In this document: in pieces, positions 63,677-64,000 of the stretch
How positions within the stretch are numbered: position 1 is the first letter of the stretch
How the letters are laid out: every line of letters begins with the position of its first letter
Origin: Cyanophora paradoxa CCMP329
Taxonomy: Eukaryota > Plantae > Glaucophyta
Length of the DNA: 64,000 bases
Assembly: GCA_004431415.1 (NCBI GenBank)
Contig: QPMI01000452.1
Span: 186,001 to 250,000 of the forward strand
Direction of reading: 5' to 3'
Program-made: the position numbers and the translations under genes
Notes under the pieces: model-generated
Told to the model about the DNA's origin: nothing
Databases searched by the model: none
The model's input: only the letters and a program-made list of their open reading frames with translations

Positions 63677-64000
63677 ATGCCTCCAAACGAAAGATAGGGA
63701 TCCCAGCTGGGGCTGTTGCTATTCAGGTGGTGGAAACAATGGATCCATCAACACAGACCCACTGAAGTTCAATGGTATGAATGAGGTGAAGCCCTCACAA
63801 CAACAAGAAGACCCCCTCAATGCTGCCTATGAAGAATCATTCGATGACAAAGCCCCACAGGCTTCAACCAGTGACCAACTCAATATCTCACCAGAAGCTT
63901 CGAAAATGAAGGCTGTTGCAGAGGGTGCCAGGCGAATTATTGGTGCTGCTGATGATAAAGGTTTAGGCTTACAAGATCTTTCACTTACCCGCAAAGGTGA
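63677..64000 (+). CDS. partial viral ORF (truncated by the window, likely frameshifted)
   Basis: ATG at 63677 after TAATAAAG; an open frame runs to the window edge. Confidence 0.4.

Larger units (their letters stand above)
47171..64000. mobile_element. endogenous DNA virus (Bamfordvirae; Polinton-like or small NCLDV-like), left part; continues past the window
   Basis: Abrupt switch to AT-rich, intronless, densely packed genes including a DJR capsid, two penton-like genes, an A32 ATPase and a fibre. No polymerase or integrase lies inside the window. Confidence 0.92.

Noticed and set aside
47171-64000. Bacterial or phage contamination
   Set aside because: DJR capsid, pentons and A32 ATPase in this arrangement point to a eukaryotic Bamfordvirae element; the junction still needs read-level confirmation.

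Overview
Eukaryotic nuclear DNA from a GC-rich, intron-dense unicellular organism; the species cannot be identified from the sequence. Most ORFs in the supplied track for 1-37 kb are artefacts of GC richness and splicing, so I assembled the genes by hand from exons. Host region (1-47.1 kb): an unknown 5-exon gene, a septin, TrmO, a ZnT5-like zinc transporter head-to-head with NRDE2, a putative GPI-anchored surface protein, a Cdc25-like phosphatase and a TA-flanked MITE. It also contains a 7.8-kb L1/Tx1-clade LINE nested inside a second TIR element. Two things stand out. (1) The tandem repeats in NRDE2 introns fold as box H/ACA snoRNAs: about 19 copies of 6 species, including 6 tandem copies of a snR34/U65-type guide for the peptidyl-transferase centre and 4 copies of a snR8-like guide. 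(2) From about 47.17 kb to the window end lies an AT-rich, intronless endogenous DNA virus. It has an NCLDV-like double-jelly-roll capsid protein, two penton-like genes, an A32 packaging ATPase, a ~1,940-aa phage-like fibre with an S74 chaperone, a patatin-discoidin fusion and a prokaryotic-type AdoMet decarboxylase, and it begins at a nested-palindrome hairpin. The frameshifts I could localise in the viral genes are single-base losses in short base runs and may be long-read errors. Many host introns use GC donors. All family calls are motif recognition by eye; no database search was run.
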